NCBI GenBank assembly: GCA_964470385.1
Contig: CAYYCR010000002.1
Coordinates: forward strand, 1-30,927
DNA length: 30,927 nt
Direction: 5' to 3'
Source: an uncultured Muribaculaceae bacterium
Lineage (GTDB): Bacteria; Bacillota_I; Bacilli_A; RF39; UBA660
In this document: positions 18,082-27,224 of the stretch, one piece after another
Layout of the letters: each line of letters opens with the position of its first letter
How positions within the stretch are numbered: position 1 is the stretch's first letter
Notes under the pieces: generated by a model
What the model was told of the DNA's origin: nothing
The model's database searches: none
Seen by the model: only the letters and a program-made list of their open reading frames with translations
Made by a program: the position numbers and the translations under genes

Positions 18082-19395
18082 CTATTCTATTCCAAGTTTG
18101 GCTTTCAATCTTTTTTCATATTCTTTTTGTAGTACATAAATATCTTTGCTACTCATAAATAGTAAGACGGCATTTTCATACTGCAACAATTTATCAACAC
18201 TATCCAAGGAAATATATTCCCCATTTTCTAGTTTTTCTAAAATAACTTGATAGGTAACATCATCATATCCTTCTTCTTCCCTATCCACTCCAATATCCAT
18301 AATATAAGATTTGTCTGCCAAGTTAAGAGCTTCGGCAAAGTCATCCGCAAATTCTTTTGTTCTTGATAATGTATGGGTTTTTAAAATAGCGATTATTTTT
18401 TTCTCTGGATATTTTTGTTTGGCAGCTTTGATTGTCACTTTCACTTCAGTAGGATGATGAGCATAATCGTCTACTGTTACAATATCACCAATGATATTTT
18501 CTTTAAATCTTCTTTTTGCTCCTGGAAAACTTTTCAAGTATTTGGCTACTTCTCTTGCCTCTAGCCTTTCATAATAACATACCCCAATCACAGCTAAAGC
18601 ATTTAATAACATATGTTTTCCGTAAAGTGGTAAATCAAAATGACCATAATAGTTGCCCTCTACAAACACATCAAACTCAGTTCCGTCATGACGATATTCT
18701 ACATCTTTCGCAATAATATCATTATCTTCTTTTAATCCATAATAGAAAATTGGGGGCTTTACCTCTAATGTATGGGTATAAGAGTCATCTCCACAAGCAA
18801 GTACCATTTTTTCTGCCTTATTCGCAAAGCTTTGGAAAGCATCGATTACATCATCGATATTTTTATAATAATCAATATGATCCAATTCTATATTGGTAAT
18901 AATGACATAATTAGGATCATAATCTAAAAAATGTCGTTTGTATTCACAGGCTTCAAGGGCAAAATATGAATTTTCTTTACTCGCACTTCCACTTCCATCT
19001 CCAATTAAATAATTACAACCAGTAATATGGGATAAAACATGAGATAGCATGGCTGTTGTGGTTGTTTTCCCATGACATCCTGAAACAGCAATCGTTTTAA
19101 ACATTCCAGTTAATTTTGCTACCATTTCTTGATAAGTATATATTTTTAACTCTAGTTCTTGGGCTCGTGCTACTTCTATGTTATGTTCATTAAAGGCATT
19201 TCCCTTTACAATAATCATTCCTGGGGCAATATTATTTTTATCAAAGGGAAGAATCTTAATTCCTTTTTGTAATAGTACCTCTTCGGTAAAAAAGTGATCT
19301 TCTTTATCGCTTCCTTGTACTTCGTATCCCAAATCTACCATAATTTGTGCTAATGCACTCATACCAGTCCCTTTTATTCCTATAAAATGATACAT
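18082..19395 (-). CDS. murC: UDP-N-acetylmuramate--L-alanine ligase
   Basis: HFIGIKGTGMSALA, GCHGKTTT, EACEY, DDYAHHPTE. Confidence 0.97.
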   Translation of the reverse strand: MYHFIGIKGTGMSALAQIMVDLGYEVQGSDKEDHFFTEEVLLQKGIKILPFDKNNIAPGMIIVKGNAFNEHNIEVARAQELELKIYTYQEMVAKLTGMFKTIAVSGCHGKTTTTAMLSHVLSHITGCNYLIGDGSGSASKENSYFALEACEYKRHFLDYDPNYVIITNIELDHIDYYKNIDDVIDAFQSFANKAEKMVLACGDDSYTHTLEVKPPIFYYGLKEDNDIIAKDVEYRHDGTEFDVFVEGNYYGHFDLPLYGKHMLLNALAVIGVCYYERLEAREVAKYLKSFPGAKRRFKENIIGDIVTVDDYAHHPTEVKVTIKAAKQKYPEKKIIAILKTHTLSRTKEFADDFAEALNLADKSYIMDIGVDREEEGYDDVTYQVILEKLENGEYISLDSVDKLLQYENAVLLFMSSKDIYVLQKEYEKRLKAKLGIE

Positions 19396-19428
19396 AAATT
19401 CATCTCCCTAATATTCATTATACTGCAT

Positions 19429-20133
19429 TTATCCTAAAAAATTAAGAATAAATGGTCCTAAAATTAAAATCATAATCAATGGTACCACAAATAATACTGA
19501 AATAATACTGATTTTATTTGGGATTTTATTGATTTGTCCTTTAATTTCTAATGTTTGTTTGTCTCTTAAAAAAGCAATTTGATTGTACATGGTTTCTAAG
19601 ATACTATTTCCAAATATGTTGGTTTGTGTAATATTTAGAATAATATTATTAACGGTTTCTGAGGGAATTCTTTTTTTCATATCTTCTAATGCCTCAAACA
19701 AAGATTTTCCAAAGTGAACCTCTAAGAGTGACCGTTTAAATTCATCAGATAATTCTGAATGAACATTAGAAACCGTAACTTCTAAAGAATTTTCTAGATT
19801 TCTTCCTGATTCTAAAGTAAGGGTTAAAATCTCAAAAAAGTATAAGGCTTCATGATCGAGTTTCCGAATTCTATCTTTGAGTGGTTTGGTTAAAATCAAA
19901 TAATAGTAAGCATAATACCAAGCAAGCGTAATTGCTGGTGCGAAAATATAAGCAGGTCTTGCTTGATATAGAACAATCAAGAATACAATTAACGAAGATA
20001 ATAATTGAAGATTGATAAATGTAACAGCATCAAACTTTGCTTTTCCTCCTAGCATATCAATCTGCATTTGTATTCTATCAATATCTTTTTCACGATAAAT
20101 TTTTCGAATAATATTGTTTTTCAATATTATCAC
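19429..20133 (-). CDS. TadC-like type II secretion system F-family membrane platform protein
   Basis: T2SSF-like core (LESGRNLENSL...FGKSLFEALEDM) with flanking TM helices; last gene of the Tad-like operon. Confidence 0.8.
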   Translation of the reverse strand: MIILKNNIIRKIYREKDIDRIQMQIDMLGGKAKFDAVTFINLQLLSSLIVFLIVLYQARPAYIFAPAITLAWYYAYYYLILTKPLKDRIRKLDHEALYFFEILTLTLESGRNLENSLEVTVSNVHSELSDEFKRSLLEVHFGKSLFEALEDMKKRIPSETVNNIILNITQTNIFGNSILETMYNQIAFLRDKQTLEIKGQINKIPNKISIISVLFVVPLIMILILGPFILNFLG

Positions 20134-21653
20134 ATCCTAACTGTCATAATTTTTTTCACACAAATAATATACACAACATAGAAAATAACAATCAACAATG
20201 ATAAGCAAATTCCAATTGGGGTTGTAAAGAATGGTAAAAAGTATTCTGGATTGATTACACTTACAAAAATCACAAATAAAATCGGAACACAAAATAATAC
20301 ATACATAATCATTTTGGAACTACTGGTTAAAGACTCTAATTCTAACCATAATTTTTTCTTATTAAAAAGAGATTGTTCAATCGAAGAGAATACTTTGATG
20401 ATGTTTCCTCCTGTTTTATTTAAAATACTAAGAGAAGCTGTTAAATAATTTACTTCTTCTAACTCGATTCTACTCGCAAATCGTTCAAATACCACATCTA
20501 TCGATAAGCCATAGGATAGTTCTGCTCGCATTTTTCTAAATTCTTTAGAAATGGATCCATCTAGTTCTGTTGCAACTAGTTCAATCGCTTGGGTAATACT
20601 TCTTCCTGATTTAAAAGCATTATTCATAATAATAATAGCCTGCAACAAGTCATTTTCAATATGTCTCCGATGTATTTTATGTTTGGAAATGTAAAGAATA
20701 TCTGGAGCAAAAAAACCTAGAAAAAAAGGAAAAACAATTTCATATGGGTTCATGAGCTCAATTTGTAGTGTCGAGGAGATTATTGCTATCACAACAAAGA
20801 TAATTCCAATAAATAGTTTGGCTGCAATAAAGTCCATTCCTGTTCTAGAAAAATCTCCCATAATTCCCACGTATTTGTCGTAGTTTTTGGCATATTTTTG
20901 TAGAAATACCGATTTGGATAGGTAACGACTTACTTTTTTTAGCATATTACAGTAAATAGAATAATATTGATCAAATAAAGAAAGGGAATTATCGTGAAGT
21001 GGTTCTACTACGTATTTGCGGATTCTCCGTTCTAATTTAACACTTTTTCTATAAGATAACATGGCTAAAATGATCGTAATTAGAGCTATAATAATGCCAA
21101 ATTGAATTAACATAACACCAAAGGTATCATCTTTTACAACATTAATCATCATGCTTTTACTCGTACTATTTCCAGCTCTATCGGTTACAGTATAGGTGAG
21201 TTTTTTGACTCCAAGTTCGTCGAAATTCAGTTCATCAATATTAGTGGTAACCGATTCTATTAAATCTCCGTCTTGAGTATCGTAAGCTTTCACATCAGCC
21301 ATTGGGTACAAAATAGAACCGACTCTCATTTTTAGTGCTTCTGTTTTAAGTGTAATGGTTGGAGCATCTTTATCGATATTGTAAGTTCCACTTTCTATTA
21401 CCGTTTTACGGTTATAATAGTCAAATGCTTCTACAATAATTTGATAGTTACCTGTTTCTTCTAATATGATCTGAGTCGGTATTTCTCCTTCTATCGTTTC
21501 TGCCTTTATTGGAACACCGTCTTTTAAAACTGAGTAATGATATCTCATGGTGGATGAGCCTGGTGTAAATAAAATATTCAAATCTTGATTGGTTGATTCT
21601 ACATGAGAATCTAAATTAAAGTTTGCTATGACTTGCTCCTCCATTCTCCTCAC
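20130..21653 (-). CDS. TadB-like T2SSF protein with an N-terminal Ig-like extension (about 175 aa)
   Basis: C-terminal AFKSGRSITQAI...TGGNIIKVF core; N-terminal beta-rich DKDAPTITL...YTVTDRAGNSTSK motif before the first TM. Confidence 0.8.
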   Translation of the reverse strand: MRRMEEQVIANFNLDSHVESTNQDLNILFTPGSSTMRYHYSVLKDGVPIKAETIEGEIPTQIILEETGNYQIIVEAFDYYNRKTVIESGTYNIDKDAPTITLKTEALKMRVGSILYPMADVKAYDTQDGDLIESVTTNIDELNFDELGVKKLTYTVTDRAGNSTSKSMMINVVKDDTFGVMLIQFGIIIALITIILAMLSYRKSVKLERRIRKYVVEPLHDNSLSLFDQYYSIYCNMLKKVSRYLSKSVFLQKYAKNYDKYVGIMGDFSRTGMDFIAAKLFIGIIFVVIAIISSTLQIELMNPYEIVFPFFLGFFAPDILYISKHKIHRRHIENDLLQAIIIMNNAFKSGRSITQAIELVATELDGSISKEFRKMRAELSYGLSIDVVFERFASRIELEEVNYLTASLSILNKTGGNIIKVFSSIEQSLFNKKKLWLELESLTSSSKMIMYVLFCVPILFVIFVSVINPEYFLPFFTTPIGICLSLLIVIFYVVYIICVKKIMTVRM

Positions 21654-22987
21654 CTCTTTTCTGGTTCAAATATATCTGTTAAAGTGTTTATTCCTCTCGA
21701 TTTCAATATTTTATATACATTGGGAATGCGTTTGTGAAGAACAAATTCTCCTAATACTTCACCATTTTCTTTGACTCCATCTTGTCTAAATTCGAATATT
21801 TCCTCTATTTTTATAGCGTCTTCTTCAATTCCTGTAATTTCTCCAATGCTAGTTACTTTTCTTCTACCATCGGTTAGTCTTGATACTTGGATGACAATGT
21901 TGATAGCCCCCTCAATATATTCACGAATGGCTCTGATTGGAATTTCCATTCCAGCCATAAGTACCATGGTTTCCAAACGATTCAAAGCATCAATTGGACT
22001 ATTGGCATGCATGGTAGTCAAAGATCCATTATGTCCTGTGTTCATCGCTTGAAGCATATCAAAGGCTTCTTTTCCACGTACTTCTCCAACAATAATTCGA
22101 TCTGGTCTCATACGCAAGGAATTAATCACAAGGTCTCTAATAGTAATGGCACCCTCTCCCTCATAGTTGGTAAGTCTTGTTTCTAGAGAAATAACGTGTT
22201 CTTGTTCTAGTCTTAATTCAGCTGCGTCTTCTATGGTAATGATACGTTCACTTGGAGATATGAAAGAAGATAGTACGTTTAATAAGGTGGTTTTCCCGCT
22301 TCCTGTTCCTCCGCATATAATGATGTTTAGTTTGGCTTCCACACAGGCTTCTAAAAATCTTGCCATGTAGGGAGTTAATGCCCCTGTTCTTAAAAAGTCT
22401 TCGATATTAGCAAGTTCTTCTTTGAATTTTCGAATGGTTAAAACGGGTCCATTTAAGGATAATGGTGGTATGACAGCATTTAGTCTGGAACCGTCTATCA
22501 GTCTGGCATCAACCATTGGATTGGCAGTATCTATGGTTCTTCCAAGAGGTTGTATCATTCGTTGAATGGTTCTTAAAATATGGTCCTCATTGATGAATGA
22601 TATACTGTTATCACGAACCACTTTTCCATCTAATTCAATATAGATTTCGTCTTTTCCGTTTACCATGATTTCTGTAATATCTTTATCTTCTAATAATTCG
22701 GTCAATGGTCCATTTCCACTGATTTCATTATCGATTAGGTTATATAAATAGCTTCTTTCAACATTAGATAGATCATAGCCATCAATGGTTTTATCAATTT
22801 CAGTTTTGACAAAGTCTGTCATATCTCTTGCTTTGGTAATGTTATTATCAATTAGGTTCTGAATAATTTTCGTTCGAAGTTCATCTAGTAGGACTTTATT
22901 TGGAAAAGCTTCATAGTCGGAGACATAGGAAACTTGTGGAGTTTCTATTTGAACATCAAATTCTTCTACAAATTTTTTTTTGGCCAT
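21650..22987 (-). CDS. cpaF: CpaF/TadA pilus assembly ATPase
   Basis: [46 protein letters not shown]. Confidence 0.95.
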   Translation of the reverse strand: MAKKKFVEEFDVQIETPQVSYVSDYEAFPNKVLLDELRTKIIQNLIDNNITKARDMTDFVKTEIDKTIDGYDLSNVERSYLYNLIDNEISGNGPLTELLEDKDITEIMVNGKDEIYIELDGKVVRDNSISFINEDHILRTIQRMIQPLGRTIDTANPMVDARLIDGSRLNAVIPPLSLNGPVLTIRKFKEELANIEDFLRTGALTPYMARFLEACVEAKLNIIICGGTGSGKTTLLNVLSSFISPSERIITIEDAAELRLEQEHVISLETRLTNYEGEGAITIRDLVINSLRMRPDRIIVGEVRGKEAFDMLQAMNTGHNGSLTTMHANSPIDALNRLETMVLMAGMEIPIRAIREYIEGAINIVIQVSRLTDGRRKVTSIGEITGIEEDAIKIEEIFEFRQDGVKENGEVLGEFVLHKRIPNVYKILKSRGINTLTDIFEPEKR

Positions 22988-22998
22988 ATAAATCCTCC

Positions 22999-23760
22999 TT
23001 ATTTTTTTTCTTTCATTAAGTCATTAATGATTGTTTTATAGATAGCAATTGCTTTTTTGTGTTTTCCTGTAATGCTTTTTTGTAGTGTTAAAATGTGGCC
23101 ATCTAGTATAAATCGATCGATGTTTTTAAGATGGAAACTTTTTGGTATCACATAGTCGATTTTATTTTTGATAACGTTTTTGATATCGGTCTTAGTAAAG
23201 TAGTTTCGTTCTTTATGAATGGATTCGTTTAATAGAATTTTATAGTTTTCTTGTTCCATATCTTTATGAATGGCAATTCTAGTTGCCATGTTTTTTAAAT
23301 CGATTGGATCATTACCAATTATGTAGAGTATTTCATCGCTGGCATCTAAGGAAACCAGTGTTAAGTCATTTAAAAAGTGATTGGTATCAATTAGAATGAC
23401 ATCATATCGATAAAGAACTTTAGACATGACTACGGATATATATTTACTACTGATTTTAGTCGCATTTCTTGGGTCTTTGGGTGCTGGAATAACATCGATA
23501 AAGTCATTATATTTGATAAGATATTCATCAATAGTTTGAAAGCGATTACTGCCTAGGTCATCTACCAATCGATAAATGTCTTGATCGTTAGAGATGTTTA
23601 GTGATAAAGCAATCGCTCCTCCATAAACATCTAAGTCCAGTATTAAGGTTTTCTTTTTTTGTGTACTTAAAACACCTGCTAAGTTTAGTAGTGTGGTTGT
23701 TTTTCCAGTTCCTCCTTTTACAGAAGCGATTGTCAAGACTTTTGCTTTTGTTAATGCCAT
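22999..23760 (-). CDS. CpaE/TadZ-like MinD/ParA-family ATPase
   Basis: KGGTGKTT deviant Walker A; directly upstream of cpaF. Confidence 0.8.
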   Translation of the reverse strand: MALTKAKVLTIASVKGGTGKTTTLLNLAGVLSTQKKKTLILDLDVYGGAIALSLNISNDQDIYRLVDDLGSNRFQTIDEYLIKYNDFIDVIPAPKDPRNATKISSKYISVVMSKVLYRYDVILIDTNHFLNDLTLVSLDASDEILYIIGNDPIDLKNMATRIAIHKDMEQENYKILLNESIHKERNYFTKTDIKNVIKNKIDYVIPKSFHLKNIDRFILDGHILTLQKSITGKHKKAIAIYKTIINDLMKEKK

Positions 23761-23769
23761 ATTATCCCT

Positions 23770-24159
23770 CTATTTCTTTTCGATGTTTTTTTCTCCATTG
23801 ATCAGATTTCCTTTATAGGAAAGTTGAATGGTTTTATTTGGAGTTGTCATTAGTCCAAAGATTGTAGTTATCTTTTTTTCGATTTGTAGTTGTATGTACT
23901 CATTTCCTATTTCTATTTTCATATCATAGATATCGTTGATGTTTTCGTTGATTAGATGTGCCATATTGATTTTTAGTGTTTGGGGTTCTTCTTCTAAGTG
24001 ATCTAGACCATAGGAAATGGTATCTTTCATAACGTTTTCTATTTTTCGCTTTTCTATATATGAGATTCCGGTATCAATGATGATTCCAGCAAATAAGAGT
24101 AAAACTGGTAATAATAAGGAAAATAAGATAAGTACTTGTCCTTTACGGTTCATTTGCAA
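23770..24159 (-). CDS. TadG/TadE-like pseudopilin
   Basis: RKG|QVLILFSLLLPVLLLFAGIIID class III-like leader and hydrophobic helix; lacks Glu+5. Confidence 0.7.
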   Translation of the reverse strand: MQMNRKGQVLILFSLLLPVLLLFAGIIIDTGISYIEKRKIENVMKDTISYGLDHLEEEPQTLKINMAHLINENINDIYDMKIEIGNEYIQLQIEKKITTIFGLMTTPNKTIQLSYKGNLINGEKNIEKK

Positions 24160-24481
24160 TCACCCGTTTGGCTTCTATGGTGTAATTTTTTCCTAATATT
24201 TTATTTAATCCTGGTGTGTTCACTACTACTTTTTTGGTTAAGGTAATGGTAATCGTGTTGCTTTTTTGTTCTATTGATGATGTGATATCTTTTGTTTTTA
24301 AGTAATAATCGATTTCTACAGTTTTGTTTTGTCTTACTAGTTCTGTTACATAGTCTAAGTCGTTTTCTAATATATATTTTTTATAAAGAATATTACCAAA
24401 ATCTATTACTCCTAATAAAAGTAATAATAGGATTGGTAATATTATGATAAATTCTACTAGTGCTTGTCCTTTGTTCTTCAT
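24143..24481 (-). CDS. TadE-like pseudopilin
   Basis: MKNKG|QALVEFIIILPILLLLLLGVIDFG, the typical TadE motif. Confidence 0.85.
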   Translation of the reverse strand: MKNKGQALVEFIIILPILLLLLLGVIDFGNILYKKYILENDLDYVTELVRQNKTVEIDYYLKTKDITSSIEQKSNTITITLTKKVVVNTPGLNKILGKNYTIEAKRVIANEP

Positions 24482-24509
24482 CTTACCACACTCTCATATT
24501 CTATATAAA

Positions 24510-24538
24510 ATTATACCAAATAATTTTTTTAGAAACAA
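24510..24538 (-). promoter_or_regulatory. Sigma-A-like promoter of the Tad-like operon
   Basis: Minus strand TTGTTT-17 bp-TATAAT with TG extension. Confidence 0.5.
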
Positions 24539-24804
24539 TATAAAGTTTAAGTTTTTGTTTTTCTGATAACGTTTTTTTTAATAATGTCTATTTTAGAAAC
24601 ATATTTTTATGATAAAAATTACTTTTTTCAGGAATTGCTATATTTTTATTTAAAATAATTTAAGGATATTGTATAATGATTATAAGGTTAAGAACTTATG
24701 GGATACTAGATATATATAGAAAAGATAAATAATATCTTTTAAATGTTATTTTTTTGGTTGCTAGTATAAAATCATTCAGTAAATAGAATGTGAGGAGAGA
24801 TAAT

Positions 24805-25533
24805 ATGTTGATAAGAGAATGTATCTATTTAATAGAAACATTAATTAGTTTGTTTTCAATGCCAATATTAATATATTCTATATTGACTAACGATAAGAAT
24901 ATATGTAAGCAAATCGTTCGGATTTCCGTGATATATATAATATATATGATTTATCTATTTCTATTTTTAGGTCAATTCAATATTTATGAAATACCATATG
25001 ATTTTGGAGCAATCATGATATGGTTTTATATGTTTATTGCAACAGTTCTATACATAATTGCAATTATTATAAGTAAAATGAAACAAAAAAAATTAAAGCA
25101 ACAATATCCAAATAAAAATAGACTTACAATTATTGTTATAACAGTGATAATTTTCTTTCAATTATTCCTTTATGGAAATGTTTTACAAGATAAGCATTAC
25201 ATTAACAACAGTGATTTAATATTAATTTACCATTCTAGTGGAAATGGTGGTATTGGAGCTTCTGATGAATTTGCCTATGCGATTGGAGAAGATTTTTGTG
25301 AACAGATTGATTTAGGAATTAATATTAGTGGTCATTATTTTAAAAAGTTTTTACCTAAAAGTACAAATGCAGTAGAAATAACTGATATCAATGATATTAA
25401 AAATTACGAAATCATTTTCAAATCGAATCGCACTTTAGTATATAAAGGAAAAGAATATGTTTGCGAAAAAAAACATAAATCTGATTATTCTAATATAAAG
25501 TTTAAAAAAGGATTTTCTATCAACCATAATTAA
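24805..25533 (+). CDS. Hypothetical membrane protein (about 4 N-terminal TM helices and a soluble C-terminal domain)
   Basis: ORF track 24790-25533; ATG at 24805 behind GAGGAG; no recognisable motif. Confidence 0.65.
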   Translation: MLIRECIYLIETLISLFSMPILIYSILTNDKNICKQIVRISVIYIIYMIYLFLFLGQFNIYEIPYDFGAIMIWFYMFIATVLYIIAIIISKMKQKKLKQQYPNKNRLTIIVITVIIFFQLFLYGNVLQDKHYINNSDLILIYHSSGNGGIGASDEFAYAIGEDFCEQIDLGINISGHYFKKFLPKSTNAVEITDINDIKNYEIIFKSNRTLVYKGKEYVCEKKHKSDYSNIKFKKGFSINHN

Positions 25534-25579
25534 AATAAGATAAATGCATTTCAAAATTTTAAGTAAGGGAATTTTCAAA

Positions 25580-25827
25580 AATAAGTTAGAAAGATGTATA
25601 GAGTTATTTTGTTGAATTCAATGTAGCCAAATGTTCTTAGATGGAAATAAAAGAGTGGCTAATTTAGTAGCAAATAAGAAAATGATAAAGTTAGGTCAAG
25701 GAATCATTGCTATTCCTGTTGAAGAATAGGATCATATTTTACAAAATTGATAAATTACTATGAAATGGGAGACAATACTAAGCTAAAAAATTGGCTTTAT
25801 GAAACAAGTATAGATGGTATTTTATAA
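25580..25827 (+). pseudogene. Fic/Doc-family gene remnant (C-terminal part)
   Basis: Reads ERCIELFC*IQCSQMFLDGNKRVANLVANKKMIKLGQGIIAIPVEE*, then in another frame KLINYYEMGDNTKLKNWLYETSIDGIL*; Fic-like motif F.DGNKR; stops at 25613 and 25727, a frameshift, and no start. Confidence 0.7.
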
Positions 25828-25863
25828 ATAAAATGAGATTTTTATTCAATCCCATTTTTTATT

Positions 25864-27024
25864 TTAGTTTGCATATTCACTTGTAATTCCCAAGTATTCT
25901 TCCAAAGTAATCCAATTTCCTCCATTATAAAGTTTTGAGGCAATATCTCCTACATATCTTAAATGCCATGGTTCGTATCGATATCCTGTAATATTTTCTT
26001 TCCCTTTTGGATAACGAATAATGAATCCGTATTTATAAGCATTGTTTTGTAACCATTGTCCCTCTTTTGTTTCCCCAAAACTAAATAATAAGCTATTCAC
26101 ATCAATGGCTAATCCCGTTTGATGTTCTGAATGTCCTGGTCTTGCTGAATAAGTATCCGCCTCTATTTTTCCGTCCTTTGCTACATAATTATTATAAATT
26201 CTATTTTGAGCACTATAAGAACGGAAGCCACTAATGATGTTTAGTTCAACTCCATCTTCTAAAGCTCCTGCTTTTAGTTTTTCAAAAGCTGAGTTTAGTT
26301 CTGGTAATAATCCTGGAGCATAACTACTTGGCAAAGCATAAGTTTTATTGGCAATTAAAATGTTTCCGATATAATAAACTCCATTTCTTACTTCAATGGA
26401 ATAACCTTTCGATGTCTTTTTAGAAACGTTGTTTTGATTTCCTTGATAATTAGGAACTTCATTATTTTTTTTAGGAGGAACAACATTATTAGAAACATCT
26501 TTTTCTTTTATTATTAATTGAAATGCTTCTGTTTTTTTATTACCACTTTTATCTGTTGCTTCATAAGTAAGAGAATATTCTCCCTTTTTGGTTATATCAT
26601 ATTCTCCTTTTACTTCGATTTCTACTTTATCATGACTATTGTCACTTACTTTAATATCTTTTAATAAGTCGATTTCTTCATTTTCATAAATTTCTATATT
26701 TTTGACATTCTCTATTATAGGTTCTATATCATCTATCACTATTAAATTTATTTTTTGTTCTTTTTCTTTTACTAGAAAACTACCCTGATAAGTTCCAGCA
26801 TGATAAATTTTTTCATCTTCCAATTCTAATTTTTCCCATTTTATCTTTTCTGTTATTATTTTTTTTCCTAACTGATATTCTGTTTCCATTGGTACTTTTT
26901 CCCCAATTTTTAATTTGATTTCTTTTTGATAGGAAAGAGCTTCATTTTTTTTAGAAAGAAACATTATCATTCCCCCTACAATTATAATTACAACCAAAAA
27001 AATAAATATTAGTTTCTTTTTCAT
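25864..27024 (-). CDS. Membrane-anchored D-alanyl-D-alanine carboxypeptidase (M15B/VanY-like) with an Ig-like spacer
   Basis: SGFRSY, SARPGHSEHQTGLAID, YEPWHLRYVG; N-terminal TM; likely start MKKKL at 27024 behind AAAGGTGA. Confidence 0.9.
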   Translation of the reverse strand: MKKKLIFIFLVVIIIVGGMIMFLSKKNEALSYQKEIKLKIGEKVPMETEYQLGKKIITEKIKWEKLELEDEKIYHAGTYQGSFLVKEKEQKINLIVIDDIEPIIENVKNIEIYENEEIDLLKDIKVSDNSHDKVEIEVKGEYDITKKGEYSLTYEATDKSGNKKTEAFQLIIKEKDVSNNVVPPKKNNEVPNYQGNQNNVSKKTSKGYSIEVRNGVYYIGNILIANKTYALPSSYAPGLLPELNSAFEKLKAGALEDGVELNIISGFRSYSAQNRIYNNYVAKDGKIEADTYSARPGHSEHQTGLAIDVNSLLFSFGETKEGQWLQNNAYKYGFIIRYPKGKENITGYRYEPWHLRYVGDIASKLYNGGNWITLEEYLGITSEYAN

Positions 27025-27224
27025 ACGTTTCACCTTTCTCATTATAACACTAAGAATTATGAATGACAACAAAAAAATAGACTTGTAAAAATGATTATTT
27101 ATAGAATTCTATAAATAATCATCCCATTAAAACAGGAGATACTTTAATTTGATTGGTTAAGTATTCCTCAATTTATATAGATAATTACATCATTGATTGC
27201 CTTTTTTATCTATCTTAGACAATG

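Noticed and set aside
3747-23801. Short ORFs antisense to long genes (3747, 8603, 9378, 11209, 13178, 13738, 14223, 14417, 15657, 18516, 20251, 21771, 21887, 22167, 23601)
   Set aside because: Shadow frames of well-supported genes, with no motifs or evident RBS
25864-27024. Vancomycin-resistance vanY gene
   Set aside because: No vanHAX or van ligase nearby; M15B carboxypeptidases are common housekeeping enzymes
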